Of a stretch of 64,000 nt of DNA, positions 29,789 through 39,205 are shown piece by piece. The DNA lies in assembly GCA_963747235.1 (NCBI GenBank), contig CAVVEU010000005.1, positions 64,189-128,188 of the forward strand, read 5' to 3'. Source of the DNA: an uncultured Candidatus Rokubacteria bacterium (GTDB lineage Bacteria > Methylomirabilota > Methylomirabilia > Rokubacteriales > CSP1-6). Made by a program: the position numbers and the translations under genes. Within the stretch, counting starts at the first letter, position 1; every line of letters starts with the position of its first letter. The notes under the pieces are model-generated. The model was not told the DNA's origin and did not search any database. It worked only from the letters and a program-made list of their open reading frames with translations.

Positions 29789-31315
29789 ATGAGGCGATTC
29801 ACGACGCTACTGACCGCGCTGGCCGTGCTGCTCGGCCTCGCGGCGTCCGCCCCCGCCCAGGATCGGGTCCAGGCCAAGGAGGTCGTGGTGGCCTTCGCGG
29901 CCGAGCCGCGCACGCTCCTGCCCAACACGATCGTGGACTGGACCACCAACAACATGGTCGAGCACATGTACGACCGGCTGGTGGACCGCGATCCCAAGAC
30001 CTACAAGCCGTCGCCGATGCTGGCCACCGGCTGGAAGGTGGTCAACGACACCACATGGGAGTTCGCCCTGCGCCGGAACGTGAAGTTCCACAACGGCGAG
30101 GTCTTCGACGCGCAGAGCGTGAAGGCCACCATGGACTACATCAAGGACCCCGCGAACAAGACCCACTACATGCCGCGCTGGGCCCTCGTGAAGGAAGTCC
30201 AGATCGTCAACGACTACACCGTCCGCCTCGTCACCGAGAAGCCCTGGCCGGGCCTCATCGACCGCATCGCGGGCAGCGACTTCCTGCCGATGCCGCCCAA
30301 GGCCCTCAAGGACCAGGGCGCGCAGGCCCTGGCCGCCAAGCCGATCGGCACCGGGGCCTTCCGGTTCGTGCAGTGGGCGCGCGACGAGAAGCTGGTGGTG
30401 GAGCGCAACCCGGACTACTGGCAGAGCCCGGCCGCGGCGAGCCGGGTGACCTTCCGGTTCATCCCCGAGTTCAGCGCCCGGCTCGCCGCGCTGCTGGCGG
30501 GCGAGATCGACATCATGAAGGACGTGCCCCCCCAGAACGTGGAGATGCTCGAGAAGAGCGGCAAGGCGCGGCTGCGGGCCACCGTGTCCTCGCGCATCAA
30601 CTACCTGGCGCTGGTGAACCTCAAGCCCGGGCCGATGCAGGACATCCGGGTGCGGAAGGCGATCAGCCACTCCGTGAACGTCGATGAGCTGATCCAGCAG
30701 GTGCTCAAGGGCCGGGCCACCAAGATGTGCGGCTCGCTCTCCCCGATCAACGTGGACTACTCGCCGAAGCCCCAGTGCTGGAAGTACGACCCGGCGCAGG
30801 CCCAGGCCCTCTTCAAGGAAGCGGGCGTGGACCCGACCAAGCTCCAGCTCACGCTGGACACGCCGTCGGGACGCTACCCGCTCGACAAGGACGTCTCGCT
30901 CGCCATCGCGGCCCAGCTCCAGCGCGTCGGTATCAAGACCAACGTGGTGGTGAACGAGTGGGGCACGCACCTCGACAAGATCAAGAACCGCACCACGGGC
31001 GACATGTTCTTCCTGGGCTGGGGGCCCGCCCTGGACGCGCAGAACACCATCGAGCAGCTCTTCCTGGGCAAGCAGACCTATTCGTCCTACGGCAACAACG
31101 AGGCGCTCGAAGCCAAGATCAACCAGGCGGTGACGATCGTGGATCCCAGGAAGCGGCTGGAGGCCTGGGCCGACATCCAGCAGATCGTGCGGGACGAGGC
31201 GCCGTGGGTCTTCCTCTGGCAGCAGCACGACCTCTACGGCGTGGCCAACTGGATCGAGTGGACGCCGCGCGCCGACGAGCGCATCTGGATGTACGAGGCG
31301 AAGCTCGCGCGGTAG
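29789..31315 (+). CDS. Peptide/nickel ABC substrate-binding protein (family 5)
   Basis: Signal peptide, VKFHNGE.FDA, PIGTGAF and D.RVRKAI motifs. Confidence 0.92.
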   Translation: MRRFTTLLTALAVLLGLAASAPAQDRVQAKEVVVAFAAEPRTLLPNTIVDWTTNNMVEHMYDRLVDRDPKTYKPSPMLATGWKVVNDTTWEFALRRNVKFHNGEVFDAQSVKATMDYIKDPANKTHYMPRWALVKEVQIVNDYTVRLVTEKPWPGLIDRIAGSDFLPMPPKALKDQGAQALAAKPIGTGAFRFVQWARDEKLVVERNPDYWQSPAAASRVTFRFIPEFSARLAALLAGEIDIMKDVPPQNVEMLEKSGKARLRATVSSRINYLALVNLKPGPMQDIRVRKAISHSVNVDELIQQVLKGRATKMCGSLSPINVDYSPKPQCWKYDPAQAQALFKEAGVDPTKLQLTLDTPSGRYPLDKDVSLAIAAQLQRVGIKTNVVVNEWGTHLDKIKNRTTGDMFFLGWGPALDAQNTIEQLFLGKQTYSSYGNNEALEAKINQAVTIVDPRKRLEAWADIQQIVRDEAPWVFLWQQHDLYGVANWIEWTPRADERIWMYEAKLAR

Positions 31316-31334
31316 CCCCGCGCGGGTGATGGCG

Positions 31335-31363
31335 GCGAGCGCCGGGGGCGACCCGGCGCTCGC
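31335..31363. terminator. GC-rich hairpin between convergent genes
   Basis: GCGAGCGCCGGG-ggcga-CCCGGCGCTCGC forms a 12-bp stem; no U-tract. Confidence 0.5.
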
Positions 31364-31381
31364 TGGACGCGCTCGGCCGCG

Positions 31382-31630
31382 TTACTTCTTGTCCATCTTC
31401 TCCATCTTGTCCTTGCCCATCATCTTGTCGTCCTTCATCATCTTGTCCTTCTTCATCTTCTCGTCCTTCATCATCTTGTCGTGCTTCATCTTGTCGTCCA
31501 TCTTCATCTTGTCGTCCTTCATCATCTTCTCGTCCTTCATCATCTTGTCGCCGCTCGGCGTCTGCGCGTACCCAACCACGGGCACCGCCGCCACGAGCGC
31601 CACCGCCGCCACCTGCATCCATCGCCGCAT
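31382..31630 (-). CDS. Pentapeptide MXKDX-repeat secreted protein
   Basis: Signal peptide followed by repeated MMKDDK/MKKDK units. Confidence 0.85.
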   Translation of the reverse strand: MRRWMQVAAVALVAAVPVVGYAQTPSGDKMMKDEKMMKDDKMKMDDKMKHDKMMKDEKMKKDKMMKDDKMMGKDKMEKMDKK

Positions 31631-31719
31631 GAGAGGCCTCCCTCGCTGAGAGTGGGTGCTGCTGGCCTCGAGGGTAGGCGCCGGCGCGGACGGGATGTCA
31701 CAGGCCCGTCAAATCCTCG

Positions 31720-31890
31720 TCAACTCGGGCGGGGCGGCATCGCCGCCGGGGGCGCCGGCGTCTCTTCATCCAGGGCGTCGGGCGCCGGCTCCGGCAGCGC
31801 CTGCTCGGCCTCGGCCAGCTTCTCCTTGGCGAGATCGGTCAGGTCCGACAGCTCGCGAATCGCCAGGTCGTACCAGTTATCCATCGGCAT
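31720..31890 (-). CDS. Small acidic hypothetical protein (56 aa)
   Basis: GAGGT RBS before ATG; sequence begins MPMDNWYDLAIRELSDL; lies downstream of a sigma-54 motif. Confidence 0.55.
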   Translation of the reverse strand: MPMDNWYDLAIRELSDLTDLAKEKLAEAEQALPEPAPDALDEETPAPPAAMPPRPS

Positions 31891-31952
31891 GGTGTCACCT
31901 CGCTCGGCGCGCTCACGCGCACCCTCCGGTCGGCGGTCCCACGGACAGGAAG

Positions 31953-31967
31953 GCATGCCGCGTGCCA
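31953..31967 (-). promoter_or_regulatory. Sigma-54 promoter
   Basis: Minus strand reads TGGCACGCGGCATGC (GG-N10-GC). An IHF-like GATCAATGATTTG lies at 31985-31997. Confidence 0.6.
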
Positions 31968-32131
31968 CCCGCTCCTTGCCGTCAGATCAATGATTTGGGG
32001 ACGAGAGGCCGGGCTCGGGCCGAGGGCAGAATGCCCGCCGGCCAGACAGGCCTCCTGGCACTCCGCGTCATGGGAAAGCCTGCTAGAATCCCGCCGCTGG
32101 CCCCTCTAACCCAGAGTCCCGGAGGCGCTCC

Positions 32132-33367
32132 ATGGCGATCACGGTCTTCACCAACGCGTTCCTGATCGACTGCACCGGCAAGGACCCCATGGAGGGTGCC
32201 GCGGTCGTGGTGGAAGGCGAGCGCATCAAGGACGTGATCCCCTCGGGCAAGGTCGGGCCCCTGCCCGGCAAGGTGGACACCGTGGACCTCAAGGGCCGCA
32301 CGCTCATGCCGGGGCTCACCGACGCCCACGTGCACGTCTGCGCCGTCGAGGGCAATATCCCCGAGCAGCATCGCCACAACCCGCCGAGCCTCATCGCGGC
32401 CAAGGCGCTCCGCCGCATGGAGCAGTGCCTGATGCAGGGCTTCACCACCGTGCGCGACGCGGGCGGCGCCGACTACGGCTTTCGCGAGGCGGCCGAGTCC
32501 GGCCTCTACCCGGGCCCGCGCATGCTGGTCTCGGGCCGGCCGCTGTCGCAGACCGGCGGCCACGCCGACAAGCGGCGGCGCTCGGAGTGGATCGAGCCGG
32601 TGGACTGCTGCGTGGGGATGGCGGGCGTGATCGCCGACGGGGCCGACGAGGTCCGCAAGGCCGCGCGCGAGAACCTCCGCCACGACGTGGATCAGATCAA
32701 GATCATGGCCTCGGGCGGCGCCATGTCGCCGGGCGACGAGCTCGACACCACCCAGTACACGGTGGACGAGATGCGCGCCGCGGTGGAGGAGGCGCGCGCG
32801 GTCGGCAAGTACGTGCTGGCCCACGCCTACTCGGGCTCCGCGATCCGCAACGCGATCCAGGCCGGCGTGCGCTGCATCGAGCACGGCAACCTGCTGGACG
32901 AGGCCGGCGCGCAGGCGATCAAGGCAGCGGGCGCCTATCTCGTGCCGACCATGGTCACCTACGAGGCCATCTCGCGCGAGGGGAAGAACTACGGCATCGG
33001 CGACCACCAGATCCAGAAGATCAACCTGGCGCTCGAGAAGAGCCTGGAGGGCCTCACCCACGCCTACCGCGCGGGCTGCAAGATCGGCTCGGGCTCGGAT
33101 CTCCTGGGCGACATGCAGTCCCAGCGCGCGATGGAGTTCGAGCTGAAGGGCCAGGTGATGAAGCCGATGGAGGTGCTGCTCTCCGCCACCATGGTGAACG
33201 CGGAGATCTTCCGGATGACGGATCGCATCGGCTCGGTCGAGCCCGGCAAGTACGCCGACCTGCTCGTAATGGACGGCGACCCGCTCAAGAACCTGCGCGT
33301 CTTCCAGAACACCGCCCACATCCACGCGATCGTGAAGGGCGGCGTGTTCGTCAAGCGCGCGCTCTAG
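32132..33367 (+). CDS. Metal-dependent amidohydrolase (Xaa-Pro dipeptidase-like)
   Basis: [38 protein letters not shown] and GKYADL motifs. Confidence 0.92.
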   Translation: MAITVFTNAFLIDCTGKDPMEGAAVVVEGERIKDVIPSGKVGPLPGKVDTVDLKGRTLMPGLTDAHVHVCAVEGNIPEQHRHNPPSLIAAKALRRMEQCLMQGFTTVRDAGGADYGFREAAESGLYPGPRMLVSGRPLSQTGGHADKRRRSEWIEPVDCCVGMAGVIADGADEVRKAARENLRHDVDQIKIMASGGAMSPGDELDTTQYTVDEMRAAVEEARAVGKYVLAHAYSGSAIRNAIQAGVRCIEHGNLLDEAGAQAIKAAGAYLVPTMVTYEAISREGKNYGIGDHQIQKINLALEKSLEGLTHAYRAGCKIGSGSDLLGDMQSQRAMEFELKGQVMKPMEVLLSATMVNAEIFRMTDRIGSVEPGKYADLLVMDGDPLKNLRVFQNTAHIHAIVKGGVFVKRAL

Positions 33368-33387
33368 CGCGGGACGGCGAGGAGCTC

Positions 33388-35885
33388 ATGCCGAACGCGG
33401 CCGACTTCGAGAAGCTGGGCGTCTTCTACCTGGGCCGGCCCTACGACTGGCAGCAGAAGAAGGCGCAGGACGGCCTGATCCTCTACGACTCGAAGGACCT
33501 GGTCACCCACGCGGTCTGCGTCGGGATGACCGGCAGCGGCAAGACCGGCCTCTGCCTGGCGCTGATCGAGGAAGCGGCCATCGACGGCATCCCGGCCATC
33601 CTCATCGATCCCAAGGGCGATCTCGCCAACCTGCTCCTCACCTTCCCCGGGCTCCAGCCCGAGGACTTCCGCCCCTGGGTCAACGAGGACGACGCGCGCC
33701 GGAAGAACCTCTCGGTGGACGACTACGCGCGCCAGCAGGCCGAGCTGTGGCAGAAGGGGCTCGCGTCCTGGGGCGAGGACGGCGCGCGCATCCAGCGCCT
33801 GCGCGACGCGGCCGACTTCGCGGTGTACACGCCTGGCAGCAACGCGGGGATCCCGCTCTCGATCCTGAAATCGTTCGCGGCCCCGCCGCCCGCCATCCGC
33901 GAGGACGAGGAGCTGCTGCGCGAGCGCATCGGCACCACCGCCACCAGCCTGCTCGGCCTCCTCGGCATCGACGCCGACCCGATCAAGAGCCGCGAGCACA
34001 TCCTGATCGCCACCATCCTCGACACCGCGTGGCGCCAGGGGCAGGAGCTCGATCTGGCCGGGCTGATCCAGCAGATCCAGACACCGCCGGTGAAGCGCGT
34101 GGGCGTGCTCGACCTGGACGCGTTCTTCCCGTCCAAGGACCGGTTCGCGCTCGCGATGGCGCTGAACAACCTGCTGGCCGCCCCCGGCTTCGGCGCCTGG
34201 CTGGAGGGCGAGCCGCTCGACGTGGCCAACCTGCTGCACACGCCGGAAGGCAAGCCGCGCGTCGCCATCGTCTCGATCGCGCATCTCAACGACGCCGAGC
34301 GGATGTTCTTCGTCTCGCTCCTGCTGAACCAGGTGGTGGGCTGGATGCGCACGCAGTCCGGCACCACGAGCCTGCGCGCGCTGCTCTACATGGACGAGAT
34401 CTTCGGCTTCTTCCCGCCGGTGGCCAACCCGCCGTCGAAGACGCCGCTGCTCACCCTGCTCAAGCAGGCGCGCGCCTTCGGCGTGGGCGTGGTGCTGGCC
34501 ACCCAGAACCCGGTGGATCTCGACTACAAGGGCCTGTCCAACACCGGCACGTGGTTCATCGGGCGGCTGCAGACCGAGCGGGACAAGGCGCGCGTGCTCG
34601 ACGGCCTCGAGGGCGCGGCGGGCATCGCGGGCCAGGGCTTCGACCGCGCGGAGCTCGAGCGCATCCTCTCCGGGCCTGTCGAGCCGCGTCTTCCTGATGA
34701 ACAACGTGCACGAGGATCACCCGGTGGTGTTCGAGAGCCGCTGGGTCATGTCCTACCTGCGCGGGCCGCTGACGCGCGCGCAGATCAAGACGCTGATGGA
34801 CGCGCGGCGCGGCACGCCGGCCCGCCGCCGCCCGGCCACCCGTCGCGACGACGGCCAGAGGGGCCGCGGCGGGAACGCAACCGCCCGCGGCCAAGGCCTC
34901 GCGCGCTGCCGCGTCGGCCGCTGCGGACACCGGGCAGCGGCCGCTGCTCCCGCCCGACGTGCCGCAGCACTTCGTGCCCGCCCGCGGCGGCGCGCCCGCC
35001 GGGAGCACGCTGCTCTACCAGCCGATGCTCGTCGGATCCGCCCAGGTCCGCGTGTCCGACACCAAGAACAAGATCGATGTGAGCCGCGACGTCACCGTGC
35101 TCACGCCGATCACGGGCGAGGCGGTGCCCGTCGCGTGGGATCAGGCCGCCGCGGTCGGCTTCACTCCCGCCGAGCTCACCCCGGCCCCGGAGGGCGACGC
35201 GGCCTTCGCCGACCTGCCCGCCACCGCGGGCAAGAAGAAGAGCTACGACGGCTGGAGCAAGGAGTTCGCGGGCTGGCTGCTCCAGTCGCAGAAGATCGAG
35301 CTGCTGCGGTGCCCGTCGCTGAAGGCGGTCTCGCAGCCCGACGAGTCGGAGCGCGACTTCCGGGTGCGCCTGCAAGAATCCACCCGCCAGGACCGGGACC
35401 GGGCCGCCGAGGCCCTCCGCCAGAAGTACGCGCCCAAGCAGGCCGCGCTCCAGGAACGCCGGCGCCGCGCCGAGCAGGCGGTGACGCGCGAGAGCGAGCA
35501 GGCCAAACAGCAGGGGCTCCAGGCCGCGATCTCGGTGGGCGCCACCATCCTGGGCGCCTTCCTCGGCCGCAAGGCCATCAACGTCGGCACGATCGGCCGC
35601 GCCACCACCGCCGCGCGCGGCGCGGGGCGCGTGCTGAAGGAGACGCAGGACGTGGGCCGGGCCAAGGAGACGGTGGCCGCGGTGGACGAGGCCCTCGCCG
35701 CGCTCGACGCGCAGTTCAAGGCGGAGGCCGACGCCCTCGGCGCGCGCACCGACCCGCTGACCGAGCCGATCGAGACGATCGCGCTCAAGCCCACGCGCCA
35801 GAACATCGCGGTGCGGCTGGTCGCGCTGGCGTGGGCGCCCGCCTGGCGTGACGCGGCCGGCCGCGTCACCCCGGCCTGGGAGTAA
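33388..35885 (+). CDS. HerA/FtsK-like P-loop ATPase (DUF87/DUF853-like) with C-terminal coiled coil; frameshifts near 34672 and 34810-34930
   Basis: Walker [15 protein letters not shown], Walker B LYMDE and ATQNP. Continues in ORFs 34697 (MNNVHE) and 34959-35885. Confidence 0.8.
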
Positions 35886-35902
35886 CTGCGAGCTTCGCCG
35901 CG

Positions 35903-36100
35903 GTGTCGAGACAGATCCTTCCCGCCATCCTGATCGGAATGCTCTCGGTCGGCGCGCTCCAGGGCTGCTCGATATCCCCCGCTCGGCAGGAAGCGATCCG
36001 CCAGGCATGGGAGGAGAGAGACGCGGAGCGGGCGCAGGAGTGCCGCCGGGCGGGCCGTGGGTATGTGAATGGTGGCTGCACGGGCGGCGGCGGCCCCTGA
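35903..36100 (+). CDS. Small putative lipoprotein
   Basis: Hydrophobic leader with LQGC lipobox; two further Cys. Confidence 0.6.
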   Translation: MSRQILPAILIGMLSVGALQGCSISPARQEAIRQAWEERDAERAQECRRAGRGYVNGGCTGGGGP

Positions 36101-36110
36101 TCAAGAAGAA

Positions 36111-36144
36111 GTAGGGCGGCTCATCCCCTTCGGGCGTGCGCCGC
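36111..36144 (+). repeat. GTAG-headed imperfect palindrome (REP-like or terminator)
   Basis: GTAG then GCGGCTCA.CCC-cttc-GGG..TGCGCCGC between convergent genes; single copy. Confidence 0.35.
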
Positions 36145-36146
36145 GG

Positions 36147-37121
36147 TCACTCGATCACCTGATCCGCTCGCTGCAGCAGCGACGGCGGGATCGTGAGGCC
36201 GAGGGCCTTGGCGGTCTTGAGGTTGACAACGAGCTCGAACTTCTCGGGGCGCTCGACCGGGAGGTCGCCGGCTTTGGTTCCCTTGAGGATCTTGTCCACA
36301 TAGATGGCGGCGCGCCGGAACAAGTCGGGGAGGTTCGGCCCGTAGCTCAGCAAGCCGCCCGCCTCCGCAAAGTCCCTGAACTGCGATGCCGCGGGCAGGC
36401 GATGTTGTGCCGCCAGACTCAGGATGCGCCCCCGGTGTGGAAAGAGCGTTCCCTCCTCGATCACGAACAGCGCGGTCGCGCGTGCCCGGTCCGCCGCCTT
36501 GAACGCGGCTTCGAACTCGCTGGAACCTCGCACACCCATGGGGTAGAGCTGAACACCGAGCGGCACGCTCGCGACTTCCATCTCTCTGAAGACGTGGGTG
36601 GCCACCGGATTGGCCGAGTTCCAGAGGACCCCTATCCGGGAAATGCCGGGGAGAACAGCCTTGAATAATTCCAAGCGCTTACCACTCAGCTCGGTCGTGA
36701 TGGTGGTCAACCCTGTAGCGTTTCCGCCCGGGCGCGCGAGATTCGTCACGAGGCTAAGAGGATCGGCAACCCAAGTAAAGACAATGGGGATTGTCTTGGT
36801 GGCCTTCAGGGCAGCCTGAGCGGCTGTGCTATTGATCGCAAAGATGACATCGACTTTGAGGCCGACCAGTTCGGCCGCGAGGCCGGCAAGCCGTTCGAGC
36901 CTCGTCTCCGCGAATCGATACTCCAGGCGAATGTTTGCTCCCTCGACGTAGCCGAGTTCGCGGAGCCCTTGCTGGAACGCGTCGAGCAAGGGGGAAGGCC
37001 CAGACGAGGCAGGGGATAGAACGCCTATGCGGCGGACTGTCGTCGGCTGCGCTTCGGCGGCGAGTGGCGCGGCGAGGAGGCTGCCGGTCAAAACACTGAG
37101 GAAGGTCCGGCGATTGACCAC
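36147..37121 (-). CDS. ABC transporter substrate-binding protein (ABC_sub_bind-type), orphan
   Basis: RRTFL leader, LRELGYVEG.N, LARPGGN.TG, KRLEL, GGLLSYG, DLPVE.P.KFELVVNLKTAKALGL...ADQVIE. Confidence 0.9.
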   Translation of the reverse strand: MVNRRTFLSVLTGSLLAAPLAAEAQPTTVRRIGVLSPASSGPSPLLDAFQQGLRELGYVEGANIRLEYRFAETRLERLAGLAAELVGLKVDVIFAINSTAAQAALKATKTIPIVFTWVADPLSLVTNLARPGGNATGLTTITTELSGKRLELFKAVLPGISRIGVLWNSANPVATHVFREMEVASVPLGVQLYPMGVRGSSEFEAAFKAADRARATALFVIEEGTLFPHRGRILSLAAQHRLPAASQFRDFAEAGGLLSYGPNLPDLFRRAAIYVDKILKGTKAGDLPVERPEKFELVVNLKTAKALGLTIPPSLLQRADQVIE

Positions 37122-37203
37122 ACCATCCTCCGGCTGGCCGCTTGATTTAGGGAGGATCGGCGGGACGGCCAGCGGACCAACCTTACACTAACGGGCGATA
37201 CGT

Positions 37204-37416
37204 GTGGGGCTACTACGTCAGGCTGAGCGGCTGTGGGCCTGCACCCTCACCCGGACGGGCATTCGCGCTGCCAGCCGCAGGTGCGGGGCCGCGCTGCCGA
37301 TCCTGTTCGACGGCGACTTCAGGCTCTACGGCGGGTGCCTGCGATTCCGGTACGCTGAGCGCCAGGCACTCGCCGCGCTGTTTCGCCTCTACCGCCGCAA
37401 TGCAAGGCGGCCGTAG
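37204..37416 (+). CDS. Possible hypothetical protein
   Basis: Short ORF in the islet; start and frame uncertain. Confidence 0.3.
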   Translation: MGLLRQAERLWACTLTRTGIRAASRRCGAALPILFDGDFRLYGGCLRFRYAERQALAALFRLYRRNARRP

Positions 37417-37476
37417 CACAACAATTAGGTCAGGAGCTAGACTCGTTACGAGACTGAGCCAAAGAGGAGAAATCCA

Positions 37477-37752
37477 ATGAAGACGCTACTTCTCGTTACT
37501 GCGCTTGCTGTTGCTGGGTCTGGCTGTTCGACCGTATCGCGGTGGTCCGACAGCAATGGAACCGAATTAACGCCCGCGCAACTGGCCAAGGATAAGTATG
37601 CGTGTGCTCAAGAGGCGTACAGCAGCACGCCAGGCCGGAGCGTTGGTGGCAGCGCCCTGATGGTTGGGGCCGTTATGATGGATGACGACCAGCGCCTCAA
37701 CATGATGTTCAGCATGTGCATGCAGGCGCGCGGCTACACGCTCATCAAGTAA
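37477..37752 (+). CDS. Small putative lipoprotein
   Basis: GAGGAG RBS, GSGC lipobox, DKYAC...CMQARGY Cys pair. Confidence 0.75.
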   Translation: MKTLLLVTALAVAGSGCSTVSRWSDSNGTELTPAQLAKDKYACAQEAYSSTPGRSVGGSALMVGAVMMDDDQRLNMMFSMCMQARGYTLIK

Positions 37753-38059
37753 GGGTTCGCGGACTCCACACGCTCCGGCCAGACAGTACCCGGCCCGCGT
37801 CACGTGCAAGGCGTGCCTGATGGTGCTCCGGCGCCAAGGGGACTCGGCGGGGTTCGTGCTCGACGACTCGCTGAGCCCACACTCAGAACAACTGTAGGTT
37901 CGGCGTGTCCCTCCCAGGTCACCGAATGTCGGGTCGGGTCGGCTGTCCACGATCCGCCAGCCCATCCGGCCGCATGATGGGCTTCGCGCCCCATCGAGCC
38001 CTTCGAGTTCGCGGATGCGCCGCTTCACCGTGCACGTGACGAGTCAGCGCGTGGGGGTC

Positions 38060-38098
38060 GTCACTCGATCACCTGATCCGCCGGTTGCAGGAGGAGGC
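38060..38098 (-). pseudogene. Remnant 3' end of an ABC substrate-binding gene (LLLQPADQVIE*)
   Basis: GTCACTCGATCACCTGATCCGC at 38060-38081 is identical to 36146-36167. Confidence 0.65.
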
Positions 38099-38140
38099 GG
38101 CGCGGCCGAGGTGGTCGGGGAAGGTCACCGAGGCGCCTTC

Positions 38141-38512
38141 TCAGGGGGCCTCGGGCCCGGCCACCCAATCGGCTCCGACTATGGTGACCCGGTAGGTGGC
38201 GGCGCCTGCAGACATGGTGAGGCAAAACCGCCCGATGCTCCGAGACCAGATCTGGCCGACGTCTCCATCCCGGCGCTGGGTCACGCCGCCGCGCTCATCC
38301 AGCCCCTCAACCCGCACCCGGACCCGCCTGGCGTCCACCGGTCCGTCGTTGAACACGCGCCCGCACACTGTCTGCAGGCCAGAAACCGGCTGGTCTGACT
38401 CCCATCGTATCCGTAGGGCCGTAGCGCCCACAGGTTCCTGAGCCTGGCTTGTCGATGGGGATAAGACCAGCAAGCCCATGAAAGCCAGGTGCCGCATCAG
38501 TCGCGTAGTCAT
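38141..38512 (-). CDS. Secreted hypothetical protein (FxLYD-like small beta-sandwich)
   Basis: Signal peptide; G.V.N...ARRVRVRVEGLD..G pattern. Confidence 0.6.
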   Translation of the reverse strand: MTTRLMRHLAFMGLLVLSPSTSQAQEPVGATALRIRWESDQPVSGLQTVCGRVFNDGPVDARRVRVRVEGLDERGGVTQRRDGDVGQIWSRSIGRFCLTMSAGAATYRVTIVGADWVAGPEAP

Positions 38513-38655
38513 ACGTGCATCACTCCCGAGCTAGACTGCCCGACTCGCGCTCCGCCGTCCACAGGAACTCGTGCCGCAGCCGGAGGCCGCCCGGCACGAG
38601 GACACTCTAACCCCCACGAGAAATGGAGGGGGTCGTGTATCGTGGTTGATACACC

Positions 38656-39185
38656 ATGCGTGCCCGCGCGCTCGCCGTCTTCCTGGCCCTGGCTGCCCTC
38701 CTGGCCTTCGTGTCGCCAGCCTTCGCCTCCTCACCTTCGATCCCCTCACCCTACCCTCTCCCCAGATGGGGAGAGGGAGGAGTCGTGGTGCGGACGGTGG
38801 ACGGCGACACGGTGTGGGTGCGGGTGGCGGGCGGGATCGAGAAGGTGCGCTACATCGGGATCGACACGCCGGAGGTGCATCATCCGACGCGCGGGGAGGA
38901 GCCGGGCGGGCGCGCGGCCACCGAGATGAATCGCGGCCTGGTCGGCGACCGGCCGGTGCGGCTCGAGCCCGACGTGCAGCTTCGCGACCGCTATGGACGG
39001 CTCCTGGCCTACGTCTGGGTCAGGCGCGCCGACGGCGTGGAGGTCATGGTGAACGCGGAGATGGTGCGGCTCGGCTACGCGTCCGTCATGACGATCCCGC
39101 CCAACGTGCGGCACGCGGAGATGTTCCGCAAGCTCGCGGCCGAGGCGCGCGAGACATCGCGGCCGTGGGCCTCTGCGCGCCCTGA
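38656..39185 (+). CDS. Thermonuclease (SNase) family protein; indel near the 3' end
   Basis: VDGDT, VRYIGIDTPE, DRYGRLLAYV and VN.EMVRLGYA motifs. The expected 'RGLW' tail is disturbed near 39155; TGA at 39183-39185. Confidence 0.85.
38742..38777 (+). repeat. CCCCTCACCC/CCCTCTCCCC palindromic repeat, copy 1 (in CDS)
   Basis: CCCCTCACCCTACCCTCTCCCCAGATGGGGAGAGGG; encodes PSPYPLPRWGEG. Confidence 0.85.
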
Positions 39186-39205
39186 GCGCGTATACTGGGC
39201 GCTCC

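Noticed and set aside
31385-31550. Short periodic DNA repeats resembling a CRISPR or VNTR
   Set aside because: They are the codons of the MXKDX protein repeats; there are no unique spacers and no cas genes.
32055-32071. TGGCAC upstream of the amidohydrolase as a sigma-54 promoter
   Set aside because: No GC at the -12 position; a TGnTAGAAT extended -10 nearby explains the promoter better.
36069-36668. Long antisense ORF (SLDHLIRSLQQRRRDREAEGLGGLEVD...) opposite the ABC binding protein
   Set aside because: Shadow frame of a recognisable gene on the other strand; no independent RBS or domain evidence.
37417-37452. attC-like look (GCACAAC...GTTACGA) before the lipoprotein at 37477
   Set aside because: Too short, ends not complementary, no second site and no integron integrase in the window.
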